DNA of 64,000 bases from Terriglobia bacterium. GTDB lineage: Bacteria; Acidobacteriota; Terriglobia; 20CM-2-55-15. A program made the position numbers and the translations under genes. Shown here piece after piece: positions 28,990 to 39,212 of the stretch. The stretch spans positions 128,001 to 192,000 of the forward strand of contig CBDCLE010000003.1 of NCBI GenBank assembly GCA_965218585.1. Direction: 5' to 3'. The notes under the pieces were generated by a model that searched no databases, was not told the origin of the DNA, and saw only the letters and a program-made list of their open reading frames with translations. Position 1 is the stretch's first letter; every line of letters starts with the position of its first letter.

Positions 28990-29729
28990 AGCTCTACCAG
29001 TTTCTCGAGCCAGCTCAATACTGCATCCACATCGGTGAGTCGGGACCTCGCCACACTTTCGCCCGAGTTCACCTTGACCGACACACCACCCAGTTCGTTC
29101 ACAGTCCGAAAACCGTCCTCGTCGGTGGCGTCGTCGCCAATAAAGACAGGAGTTCGACCCACGAACGGTGCCTCGGCCATGAACGCCACTATAGCGCTAC
29201 CCTTGTCGCCCCCCGACGGCTTGATCTCGACGACCATGTTCCCGCAGATGACCTGCAGGTCGGATCCCAACCCGGCCAGGACCGATCGAACCTCGCCGAT
29301 CACCGCCTTTTCCAGTTCCGGCCTCTTCCGATAATGGAGGGCGAGAGTCAGTCCCTTGTGTTCGAGCAACGTCTCCGGGTTCCTCTCGACGAAGCCCCGC
29401 AAGGCCCGCTCGATTTCTCCAAATACTGCGCCCTCCACTGGCGTCCGCGTGACCTGTCCACCCGAATCGCGCCGCTCGAGTCCATGGACCGCGGCCAGGG
29501 GAAACTTCAGTGGCGCCAGTAACCGGTCCAGATCCTCCATCGTCCGTCCGCTGACCAGGGCGATCGCCCCACCGGTCACGTCATTCAACCGGACAAGCAA
29601 ATCGCGGACTCTTTCAGAGACCTCCACGCCCCCCGGTTCGTCCGCAAAATCCAGGAGCGTCCCGTCCAGGTCCAGAAAAAGCGCCGGCCGGTCGGGCCAG
29701 GCTGGCACGCTATCGTCAATCACGTGCAT
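28986..29729 (-). CDS. otsB: Trehalose-6-phosphate phosphatase
   Basis: FLDLDGTL, VSGR, LHYR, DKG, IGDD.TDE. Confidence 0.95.
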   Translation of the reverse strand: MHVIDDSVPAWPDRPALFLDLDGTLLDFADEPGGVEVSERVRDLLVRLNDVTGGAIALVSGRTMEDLDRLLAPLKFPLAAVHGLERRDSGGQVTRTPVEGAVFGEIERALRGFVERNPETLLEHKGLTLALHYRKRPELEKAVIGEVRSVLAGLGSDLQVICGNMVVEIKPSGGDKGSAIVAFMAEAPFVGRTPVFIGDDATDEDGFRTVNELGGVSVKVNSGESVARSRLTDVDAVLSWLEKLVEL

Positions 29730-29744
29730 ACGATACAACATCAC

Positions 29745-29874
29745 CTGTAGGGGCGGTCTATGACCGCCCGAGATTAACGTGCGGTCGGCATGGGGGGACC
29801 GTCCGTAGGACGGTGGGCCCGATGCCAATAAATGCCAGGGTCGCCACTTTGAAGGGCGACCACCGCACCTACAG
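29745..29874. repeat. Composite REPIN with nested insert
   Basis: TGTAGG-REP at left; right REP split by a two-hairpin insert; same layout as 51091-51226. Confidence 0.75.
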
Positions 29875-29892
29875 TTATATTCTGAATCTGTG

Positions 29893-30474
29893 ATGTCCAC
29901 CGATCTGGAGAGGGTCAAGCCGAGGTTGTTATCGGTCTCCGCAATTGGAGTCATCCTCGCCCTGACCGCCATCCTCCTCCGCGTCCAGGGCCGACTCTGG
30001 ATATGTGCCTGCGGTGAAGTCTATCTGTGGTCGGGCGAGATCCAGAGCCAGCACAACTCCCAGCACTTTTTCGATCCCTACACCTTCACCCATGTGCTCC
30101 ATGGCCTGGCGATCTTCTGGATCCTGCTCCCGTTGATCTCGCGTGTCCGGATTGAATACCTGATGGGACTGGCCGTCCTGATGGAGTCGGCCTGGGAAGT
30201 CTTCGAAAACTCGGCCTTTGTCATCAACCGTTACCGGGAGGCGACGATCGCGCTGGGGTATGAGGGCGACACGGTCATCAACGCCCTGTCCGACATCGCG
30301 GTCTGTGCGGGAGGCTTTGGTATGGCGACGTACCTGAGATGGAAAAAATCTATAGCCCTCTTCGCTGTAACCGAGCTCCTGTTGATCGCCTGGATCCGGG
30401 ACAGTCTTTTGCTGAACATCGTGATGCTCATCTATCCGTTTGAGGTGATCCGGGTGTGGCAGATGGGGGCTTAG
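29893..30474 (+). CDS. DUF2585 family membrane protein
   Basis: GR.WICACG, NSQH, YTFTHVLHG, WE..EN, RYR, Y.GD..IN, IRD. Confidence 0.88.
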   Translation: MSTDLERVKPRLLSVSAIGVILALTAILLRVQGRLWICACGEVYLWSGEIQSQHNSQHFFDPYTFTHVLHGLAIFWILLPLISRVRIEYLMGLAVLMESAWEVFENSAFVINRYREATIALGYEGDTVINALSDIAVCAGGFGMATYLRWKKSIALFAVTELLLIAWIRDSLLLNIVMLIYPFEVIRVWQMGA

Positions 30475-31540
30475 GAGCCTGTCTGGCCGTGCTCCGGTCG
30501 GGCTTCGGAACGTAGGGCGTGATCCCGGCGGCTTCGCAGTCCTCAATGTCTTCGATCTTGTAGTAGCCTCGGTCCGCGACCGCGTCGATCTCGTCGACAG
30601 CCAAGTTCTCCCGAGCCGCTGTAGCCGTCTCCGCGAGCAGACCGAGGTCCGAGACCTTGCTATGGACCTGCTGTTCGGCGATCAGGTTGTGCTTGGTGTC
30701 GACAGCGATCTGGACGTTGTAGCCCACTCCGACCCGTGTCCCGGAATGCATTGACCGGGAGTCCGGATCCGTAAGCGACAGCTGGGCTTTTCCGGTATCG
30801 TCCAGCGTCTGCCGATGCCCCTCCAAGGTCTCCTTCCTCTTACGGATCGATGCGATCTTCTCCTGAAGATCCGCCACGGCAGCCGCTCTGCCGCCGGCAT
30901 CATCCGCGTCGGCCTCGTTCACCTGGTCGAGGTAGCGGTCGAGTCGGTCGTCGATACGCTGCAGGTCCGTCTTCAGCTTGGCCCGCGTGAAGTTGCGGTC
31001 CCGGTGGTTCACCGCCTTGATGCGCGTGCCGTCCACGGCGATCAACTCCCGCCCGTACAGGTCGAGTTCCCGGCACAACCGCACGAACTGCCGAAACACC
31101 GCCCGGAACGCATGCCGATTGTCGCGCCGGAAGTCGGCGATCGTCTTGAAGTCGGGCTTCAGCTGGCGTAGCAGCCAGATCGCCTCGAGGTTGCGATGCG
31201 TCTCTGTCTCCAGCCTGCGGCTCGACCGAATACGATTCAGATACCCGTAGATATACAGCTTCAGCAGATCCGCGGGATCGTAGCCTGGACGGCCCTTGTC
31301 GTTGGGCCGAACGCGCTGGAATCCAGCCGCCTCAAGGTCGAGGCCGTCGACGAATGCATCAATGAAACGGACCGGGTTGTCCGGTCCCACGTAGTCGTCC
31401 ACAGCATCGGGCAGAAGCAGAAGCTGGGAACGGTCTTCACCGGTGATATGTGCCATGACACATTTTACCAACCGCCATGGGGACCCCGAAGCCAGTTCAC
31501 CGACTCCCGCCCGACTGTCGCCGACTTTTCACACAGTCTG
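30475..31540 (-). mobile_element. Truncated second IS1182-family element (transposase ~30490-31456)
   Basis: End CAGACTGTGTGAAAA at 31540; GRPGYDP, PDFKTIADFR, VDGT, TDPDSR, ADRGY; C-terminus missing. Confidence 0.85.
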
Positions 31541-31827
31541 GGACGTTTGCCGGTCAGGCCACGATGGACATTTTCAATGGTGTTCCGAGCGGCCGGGCCC
31601 GGCGAGCGTGTCCGGCTGCGCTCTGGCCCATAGCACGCCGCAAGCTGACACAGCTCAATCGTGTTCGGGATCTTCAGGAGCTGGCCGTGCCACCGGGCAA
31701 CCGCCTGGAACGACTGGCGGGCAAACGCCGAGGCCAATACAGCATCCGAATCAATGAACAGTATCGGGTGTGCTTTTTCTGGGAGGACGGTTATGCCGAC
31801 AAGGTCGAAGTCACCGACTGCCACTAA
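31541..31827 (+). pseudogene. higB: HigB (RelE/ParE) toxin lacking its first codons
   Basis: ARRKL..L, PPGNRLE.L.G.R.GQYSIRIN.QYR.CF.W; N-terminus replaced by the IS end. Confidence 0.85.
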
Positions 31828-32164
31828 ACGTCGGTCTGGCAATAAGCAGTTGGCGCGGCGCCCACTGCCCACCCATGTGCCTCCGACGCACCCGGGCGAA
31901 ATGCTTCTCGAGGAGTTTCTCAAGCCGCTCGGCGTATCCCAATCTGCATTTGCCATTCGTCTGGGCGTATCCTTCCCTCGTCTGAATGAGATCGTTCGTG
32001 GCAAACGATCGGTCACACCGGATACTGCGCTCCGTCTGGCCCGGGTGACGGGCATGAGTGCCGATTTCTGGCTCGGGCTCCAGCAGGACTGGGATCTCTG
32101 GCATGCCATGCGCTCGGCTGATCCGGCGATCGAGCGGTTGGAACCGTTGCCGCAATTTCGCTAA
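31793..32164 (+). CDS. higA: HigA antitoxin (HTH)
   Basis: PTHPGEMLLEEFLKP, RLNEIVRGKR.VTPDTALRLA, FWLGLQ; GGAGG before ATG 31793. Confidence 0.92.
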   Translation: MPTRSKSPTATKRRSGNKQLARRPLPTHVPPTHPGEMLLEEFLKPLGVSQSAFAIRLGVSFPRLNEIVRGKRSVTPDTALRLARVTGMSADFWLGLQQDWDLWHAMRSADPAIERLEPLPQFR

Positions 32165-32187
32165 CCCAGAACTGCCACCTTCAGGAG

Positions 32188-32871
32188 CTAATTTCCCCGC
32201 CCCCCACGCGATATCCGCCGATCGAGTTCCCGCTCCAACAACCCGATAACCTCCGGCTCCTCCATTCCTCCCCTCTCCCTCGCGTCCCGATCCTTCCGTC
32301 TCAGATAGGCCAACCGCGAATCCCGGTCCGGTTCCGCAAGCCAGGAGGACCAGTCGCGCAGGGAGCCTCTTAGGGGTGATGCCGGACTGACGAGAGGATC
32401 CGAATCCCGAAGCCCGCAATTAAAAGCCGCGCTCGACCACCGGTAATCCTCGGCCCGAGAGACGATTCCGGCCCGGACGGGATTGCGTTCCACGTAACGG
32501 ATGGCCTTCCACAGGTAGCGTGTCTGGACCGCCACGGAGTGGCAACGCCGGTGCCACAGCTCGTCATTAATTCCGTGGCCCCCGTGGCTATCATTGTGGC
32601 GGTCACTGAAGAGTTCAGCGTAGGCATTAAGCGTCTCGGTCATGGCATTCGAAATCGAATCGCGATCCTGGGGGACGGCGATCATGTGGACGTGGTTTCG
32701 CATGAGGGCATATGTCCATATTTCGAGACCGCATTCGGTAGAGGCCGTGTGCATGAGGCCGAGGAAGGTGAGGCAGTCGGTGGAGTCGGTGAATACGGGT
32801 TCGTGTGTCCGGCCTCTCGGGACGATGTGGTGGGGGGAGCCGGGGAAACGGGTCAAAGGTATCTGGATCAT
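32188..32871 (-). CDS. REP-associated tyrosine (HUH Y1) transposase, RAYT
   Basis: PHH..RG, YALM.NHVH (HUH), LW..R, RYVERNPVRAG, YRWSS. Confidence 0.88.
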   Translation of the reverse strand: MIQIPLTRFPGSPHHIVPRGRTHEPVFTDSTDCLTFLGLMHTASTECGLEIWTYALMRNHVHMIAVPQDRDSISNAMTETLNAYAELFSDRHNDSHGGHGINDELWHRRCHSVAVQTRYLWKAIRYVERNPVRAGIVSRAEDYRWSSAAFNCGLRDSDPLVSPASPLRGSLRDWSSWLAEPDRDSRLAYLRRKDRDARERGGMEEPEVIGLLERELDRRISRGGRGN

Positions 32872-33013
32872 TAATTAATAGATGTAGGTGAAGGGCGGTG
32901 GCCGGGGGGCGTCGGCGGGAAAGGGCACCCCTATTCTACGATGTGGACGAGCCCTGACGGCATGCATATTGAGGTAGCGAAGATCCTTTAGATCCTACGA
33001 AGAGGCTGGTTTA

Positions 33014-33469
33014 ATGACACAAATGGTAAAGGTTCGTTATCAGGACCTCTGGGACGCATTCGATTTTCTAAGTTTCGGACTGTCATTCGAGAATCGGGCG
33101 TACGTTTCGCTGGATACAGGAAAGATATTCTACTTTTCCGACGACATCGCAGGCGAGATCGAAGACGACGAACGCCCCGACGACGTCGAAACCTCGGATC
33201 GATACCTCCCAGTGCCCAACAAGGACGATCTCCAACTCGGCTCTGTCCTGGCCCGCCGTTTCGTCCGACTGGAACTGCCGGATCGTCTACGGGAAGTGGA
33301 AGACATGTTTAGTCATCGAGGTGCTTACTCGAAGTTCAAGGGGATGCTTGGGTCTGAGGGGTTGCTTGAGAGGTGGTATGAATACGAGAAGGAACGGGTT
33401 GAGGCGGCGTTGAGGGAGTGGGGGGAGGAGAATGGGATTGAGGTGGTGGGTGGGAATGATAAGGGTTGA
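33014..33469 (+). CDS. UPF0158-like protein
   Basis: YVSLDTGKI, F..RGAYSKFK, W.EYE, L.EW.EENGI. Confidence 0.7.
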   Translation: MTQMVKVRYQDLWDAFDFLSFGLSFENRAYVSLDTGKIFYFSDDIAGEIEDDERPDDVETSDRYLPVPNKDDLQLGSVLARRFVRLELPDRLREVEDMFSHRGAYSKFKGMLGSEGLLERWYEYEKERVEAALREWGEENGIEVVGGNDKG

Positions 33470-33561
33470 GAGAGGGTTCGAGTCGCATCTGTCCGTGGTC
33501 TGTCCGACTGGGCAAGAGTAGGGGAAGGCGAGGCGTCAGATGTCGTCTGTGAAGCTGAGGG

Positions 33562-34910
<1,349 letters not shown>

Positions 34911-34943
34911 TAAACAACACATAGTAAGATGGATATAATATTT

Positions 34944-34975
34944 GCTATTCGCGATTCGCGAATAGCGATTACAAT
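34944..34975 (+). promoter_or_regulatory. Operator palindrome plus -10 for the 34982 operon
   Basis: Perfect IR GCTATTCGCG-ATT-CGCGAATAGC, then TACAAT 6 nt before the ATG. Confidence 0.65.
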
Positions 34976-34981
34976 ATCCCT

Positions 34982-35536
34982 ATGATGTTGAAGCCTCAGG
35001 ATGTCGTTGTCGCCTTGAAGCTGTTGGAGTATCCCAAAGGTGGGAGACCACCTATTTCTCAAATTGCCCTTGAGTTGGCACTGAGCGCGTCTGAAGTCCA
35101 TGCGGCCCTGAAGCGTGGACATGCAGCACAGCTGTTGCTACCAGCGGAGTTAGGCGGATGCCCTGCGCTCAAGAATGTTGAGGAGTTCCTCGTACACGGG
35201 ATCCGATACGCGTTTCCTCCCGAACGGGGCGGCCCCACGCGGGGATTGCCGACTTCCTACGCAGCCCCGCCACTGAACCGGTTCGTCTCGGTTGGCAGTG
35301 AATTGCCTCCCGTCTGGCCTCATCCTGAGGGGGAGACTCGAGGTGTCGAATTCAAACCGCTGTATGGCAAAGTGCCTTATGCAGCCCTCAAAGACCCGTT
35401 TCTATATGAATGTCTGGCGCTCGTGGACGCGCTGCGAGAGGGTCGGGCACGCGACCGGAAAATCGCAATGCGTGAGCTTCGCTCCAGACTGAAAGAGAAA
35501 CATGTCGGTCCATCAAAACCTGGAGTTACTCACTGA
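34982..35536 (+). CDS. Putative AbiEi-like HTH antitoxin
   Basis: LKPQD, HTH-like N-terminus (ALELALSASEVHAALKR), HG.RYAFP, ALVDALR.GRAR; overlaps the NTase gene. Confidence 0.6.
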   Translation: MMLKPQDVVVALKLLEYPKGGRPPISQIALELALSASEVHAALKRGHAAQLLLPAELGGCPALKNVEEFLVHGIRYAFPPERGGPTRGLPTSYAAPPLNRFVSVGSELPPVWPHPEGETRGVEFKPLYGKVPYAALKDPFLYECLALVDALREGRARDRKIAMRELRSRLKEKHVGPSKPGVTH

Positions 35537-36203
35537 GGCAGCAAGGTTGCTTCGGCCCGTGCTGCCCGAGATTGTTTTTGTCGGCGGTTGTACAACAGGG
35601 CTGTTGATCACCGATACGGCTTCTGCTGATGTCCGGTCTACCGTTGACGTGGACGTCGTGGCAGAGATCGCTTCCTACGCCGAATTGACAAGATTCACTG
35701 AACGTCTTCGCACGCTTGGATTCCAAGAGGACCCGAGTGATGAAGCACCGATTTGCCGGATGTTGAATGGGGATGTGGTCTTGGACGTAATGACCTCTGA
35801 ACCCGTCATGGGCTTCTCAAACCGTTGGTACAGGGGAACGATACGAACGGCTGGGGAGCGTGAAATTCAAAAGGGCCTTCGCATTCGAGTCGTCACCCCG
35901 CCATATTTTGTCGGCACCAAACTCGAAGCGCATAAGGGAAGGGGAAGGGGAGATGTTGCGCTGAGCCATGACCTTGAGGACCTCATCTCTGTTGTAGATG
36001 GTCGCCCCGAGCTTTGTGACGAGATTAGGGCGGCAGAGGAAGATCTGAGGGAATATGTCGGCCGCGAGTTTGGGAAACTGCTGGAGAATGAGGATTTCGT
36101 AAACGCCTTGCCAGGATTTCTACTGCCAGATCATGCGAGTCAGCAACGTCTTCCGATGCTGAGGGACAGACTGAGAGAGATCGCCGATCTTGGAGCGCGC
36201 TGA
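35502..36203 (+). CDS. Putative nucleotidyltransferase toxin (AbiEii/DUF1814-like)
   Basis: VFVGG, R.T.DVD, TKLEA...RG, SHDLED. Confidence 0.7.
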   Translation: MSVHQNLELLTEAARLLRPVLPEIVFVGGCTTGLLITDTASADVRSTVDVDVVAEIASYAELTRFTERLRTLGFQEDPSDEAPICRMLNGDVVLDVMTSEPVMGFSNRWYRGTIRTAGEREIQKGLRIRVVTPPYFVGTKLEAHKGRGRGDVALSHDLEDLISVVDGRPELCDEIRAAEEDLREYVGREFGKLLENEDFVNALPGFLLPDHASQQRLPMLRDRLREIADLGAR

Positions 36204-36379
36204 AGATCGCCCACAAGAATCCAAAAAGTTATACTCGAAACTGCGGTGTGACAGGTGGATCCAACTGATCGTTCGATTGATCCGCTGGCCTCCCACGACA
36301 ATCATCCCACCAACCCCGTATAATTAGGGCCGCGTCTCCCAGCGACGACGCATCAACTTGTTTTACTTCGGAGACGCAT

Positions 36380-38587
36380 GTGACGATGGCCCGCTCAGCC
36401 CTGATACTCGTCCCTTTCTTCCTTGGCATCACCCTCGTCCCTTCGGCCTTGGCCCAAAACGGCCCCACCGACGACACCCCCATCCTCCAAGCCCTCCGCA
36501 TCCCCCCCGGCACCGAAATCAGCATGGACGGCGTCCTCGACGAAGCCGCATGGGAGCTGGCCACGGCGGGGCGGGAGTTTACGCAGTCGGATCCGGATTT
36601 TGGGGCTCCGGCGACGGAGCGGACGATTCTGAAGATCATCTATGACGAGAGCAACCTTTATATAGGTGCGGAGTTATTGGACTCAGAACCCGACGGAGTT
36701 CTCTATAACCAGATGGTCCGGGACGGGTTCTTAAGCGGCGACGATCGGTTCATGTGGACCCTGGATCCGTTGTTCGATCAGCGCAGCGGGTATTTCTTTG
36801 AGATCAACCCGGCGGGTGCGATGGGGGATGCGCAGTTGGTTCCTGACCAGACCGGGACGACACAGAACCGGGCGTGGGACGGCATCTGGTTGGCGCGGGT
36901 CACCCGGCACGATCGGGGGTGGACGGCTGAGATCCGGATTCCGTTTCAGACGGTGAACTTCAATCCCGATGCCCCGGCCTGGGGCGCTAACTTCCAGCGG
37001 ACCGTCCGGCGTAAGAGCGAAGAGAGTTTCTGGAGCGGCTACGGGCGCAATCAGGGGCTGTTCAACCTGAACTTCGCGGGACGGATCGAAGGAATCGAAG
37101 GCGTTTCACAGGGCCGGGGCCTGGATGTGACGCCGTATTAGATTGGGACCTACCGACGGCAGGGGAGCGGTGGCGGGGCGTTTTCGAACTACACTGGCGA
37201 TGCCGGGGTGGACATGGTCTACAGCATCACGCCGCGGCTAAAGCTGAACGCGACCTTCAACACGGACTTCGCGCAGACCGAGGTCGACGACCGACAGGTC
37301 AACCTGACCCGTTTCCCGCTGTTCTTCCCTGAAAAGCGGGACTTTTTCCTGGAAGGGACCGGCAGCTTCGACTTCAGCCGGGAGCGGCCACAGATCCTGA
37401 CGCCGTTTTTTACGCGCCGCATTGGACTGACTTCAGATGGACAGCCGCAGAAGATCGACTATGGTTTGAAGGTGACCGGACAGGCGGGAGGCCTGGATCT
37501 GGGTCTGATGCAGGTCCGCACGGCGGATGATGCCGGTGCGCTGGGCGAAGACTTTACGGCGATCCGGCCCAAGAAGACGTTCTGGAGCCAGTCCTATGTC
37601 GGCATGTTCTACTCGCGGCGGGCGACGCGAGAGTCTGCATCTGTTCCGGATAGGCACAGCATCGGTGCGGACTTCCAGCTGGGTACGTCGACCTTTCGAG
37701 GCGACCAGAACCTCCTCTTCAGAGGTTATTTCCTCAAAACGCCCAATGAAGCGCTGGGCGACGACAACACAGCCTGGAGCGCCCGGGTCGAGTATCCGAA
37801 CGACCGCTGGAATTTCCAGCTGGGTTACCGCGTGTTCGAGAAGAATTTCAGGCCGGCCATGGGGTTCACCGAACGGACCGACTACAAGAAATGGTTCAAC
37901 AACATAAATTTCCGTCCCCGGCCGGAGAACAGCCGGTGGGTCCGCCAGTTCAACTTCAGCATGCGCACCGAGTTGTTCATGGACATGGAGAGTAACCTCG
38001 GGGACTGGGTGTTCGCGATCACGGCTTTCGAAGTGGACTTCCATTCGGGAGACAGCTTCAGCATTCAGGTTGAGCCCGCCCACGAGGAGTTGACCCGGAA
38101 TTTCCGGCTCTCGGATGGGATCATCCTGCCTTCCGGAAATCAATACGACTTCACGCGCTATTCGGTGAACTTTTCGACGGCCAACCGTCGTCCGATCGCC
38201 GTCGATGTGTCTGTTGAAGGGGGGAGTTTCTTTTCCGGAGATCGCCGGGACCTGGAAGTGGGTCTCAGCCTCCGGCCGCGTCCGGGGTTTCTGGCCGAGT
38301 TGAGCGCCAACTTCAGCCGTGTCGAACTCCCGGAAGGGAACTTCTCGACCAAGATCCTGCGCGCGGTCGTGAATACTCAGTTCAGCCCGTGGGTTTCCGT
38401 ATCCAACAACGTTCAGTTCGATTCGGTCAGCGGGATCCTGGGCTGGCAGTCGCGCTTTCGCTGGATCGTGAACCCGGGCAACGACATCTTCTTCGTCTGG
38501 CTGAACAACTGGATCGACACGGGGACCGAGCTTCAAACGTTCGACCGGAGCGCGACGGCGAAGATGCTGTATACGTATCGGTTCTAG
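36380..38587 (+). pseudogene. CBM9-like + DUF5916 protein with one in-frame TAG (37139-37141)
   Basis: The ORFs at 36380 and 37208 share a frame and the gap is open apart from the TAG; paralog of 12203-14392. Confidence 0.85.
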
Positions 38588-38651
38588 GAGCCGAGCTGAT
38601 CTTCTTGTGAGCCACCAGAGCTGGAGGTATGATCTTAGTCAAGAGGATCTC

Positions 38652-38879
38652 ATGAGTACCATTGAGTCAGTCGTCCACAGTGACCCCGAAGTTCTCGGTG
38701 GAACACCCGTTTTTGTTGGAACGCGTGTGCCGCTCAAGAACTTCATTGATTACCTCGCTGCCGGGGACACGTTGGACCAGTTTCTCGATGATTTCCCTTC
38801 TGTTAGCCGACAGCAAGCGATTGCCGCCCTTGAATTAGCCAAGGATCTTCTCACATCACGTGCGCATCCTACTGGATGA
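38652..38879 (+). CDS. DUF433 antitoxin-like protein
   Basis: DPEVLGGTPVFVGTRVP, FL.DFPSV. Confidence 0.92.
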   Translation: MSTIESVVHSDPEVLGGTPVFVGTRVPLKNFIDYLAAGDTLDQFLDDFPSVSRQQAIAALELAKDLLTSRAHPTG

Positions 38880-39180
38880 GTCTCTGCCCCGTCGATTTTC
38901 TCAATTGCTGACCGGTCACGATGTCCGAACGGTGGCCGAAATGGGTTGGTCTGGGTTGACGAATGGTGTTCTCCTGAATGAGGCTGCGACCGAGTTCGAA
39001 GCCGTTCTGACAGCTGACCAGAACATCGAGTTTCAGCAGAACTTGAAGACGTTGCCAGTCGCGGTAGTCGTCCTGGCTGCGGACAGCAATCGAATTGAAT
39101 CTCTAGAAAGCTTGGTCCCGAACCTGCTGAGGACTCTTGCCGAACTCAAGTCCAGCAAATTTGTTCGACTGGACGCCTAA
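38860..39180 (+). CDS. DUF5615 PIN-like toxin
   Basis: MRILLDESLP, MGWSG..NG.LL, LTADQN...QQN. Confidence 0.9.
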   Translation: MRILLDESLPRRFSQLLTGHDVRTVAEMGWSGLTNGVLLNEAATEFEAVLTADQNIEFQQNLKTLPVAVVVLAADSNRIESLESLVPNLLRTLAELKSSKFVRLDA

Positions 39181-39212
39181 GGGCTCTTGGTCTGGGAAGT
39201 GAGAAATAGGCG

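Noticed and set aside
25791-29729. otsB-GH15-otsA as a novel system
   Set aside because: A common, well-known trehalose gene arrangement
37139-37141. Pyrrolysine or stop-codon recoding
   Set aside because: TAG is used as a normal stop in many genes here and no pyl genes are in the window
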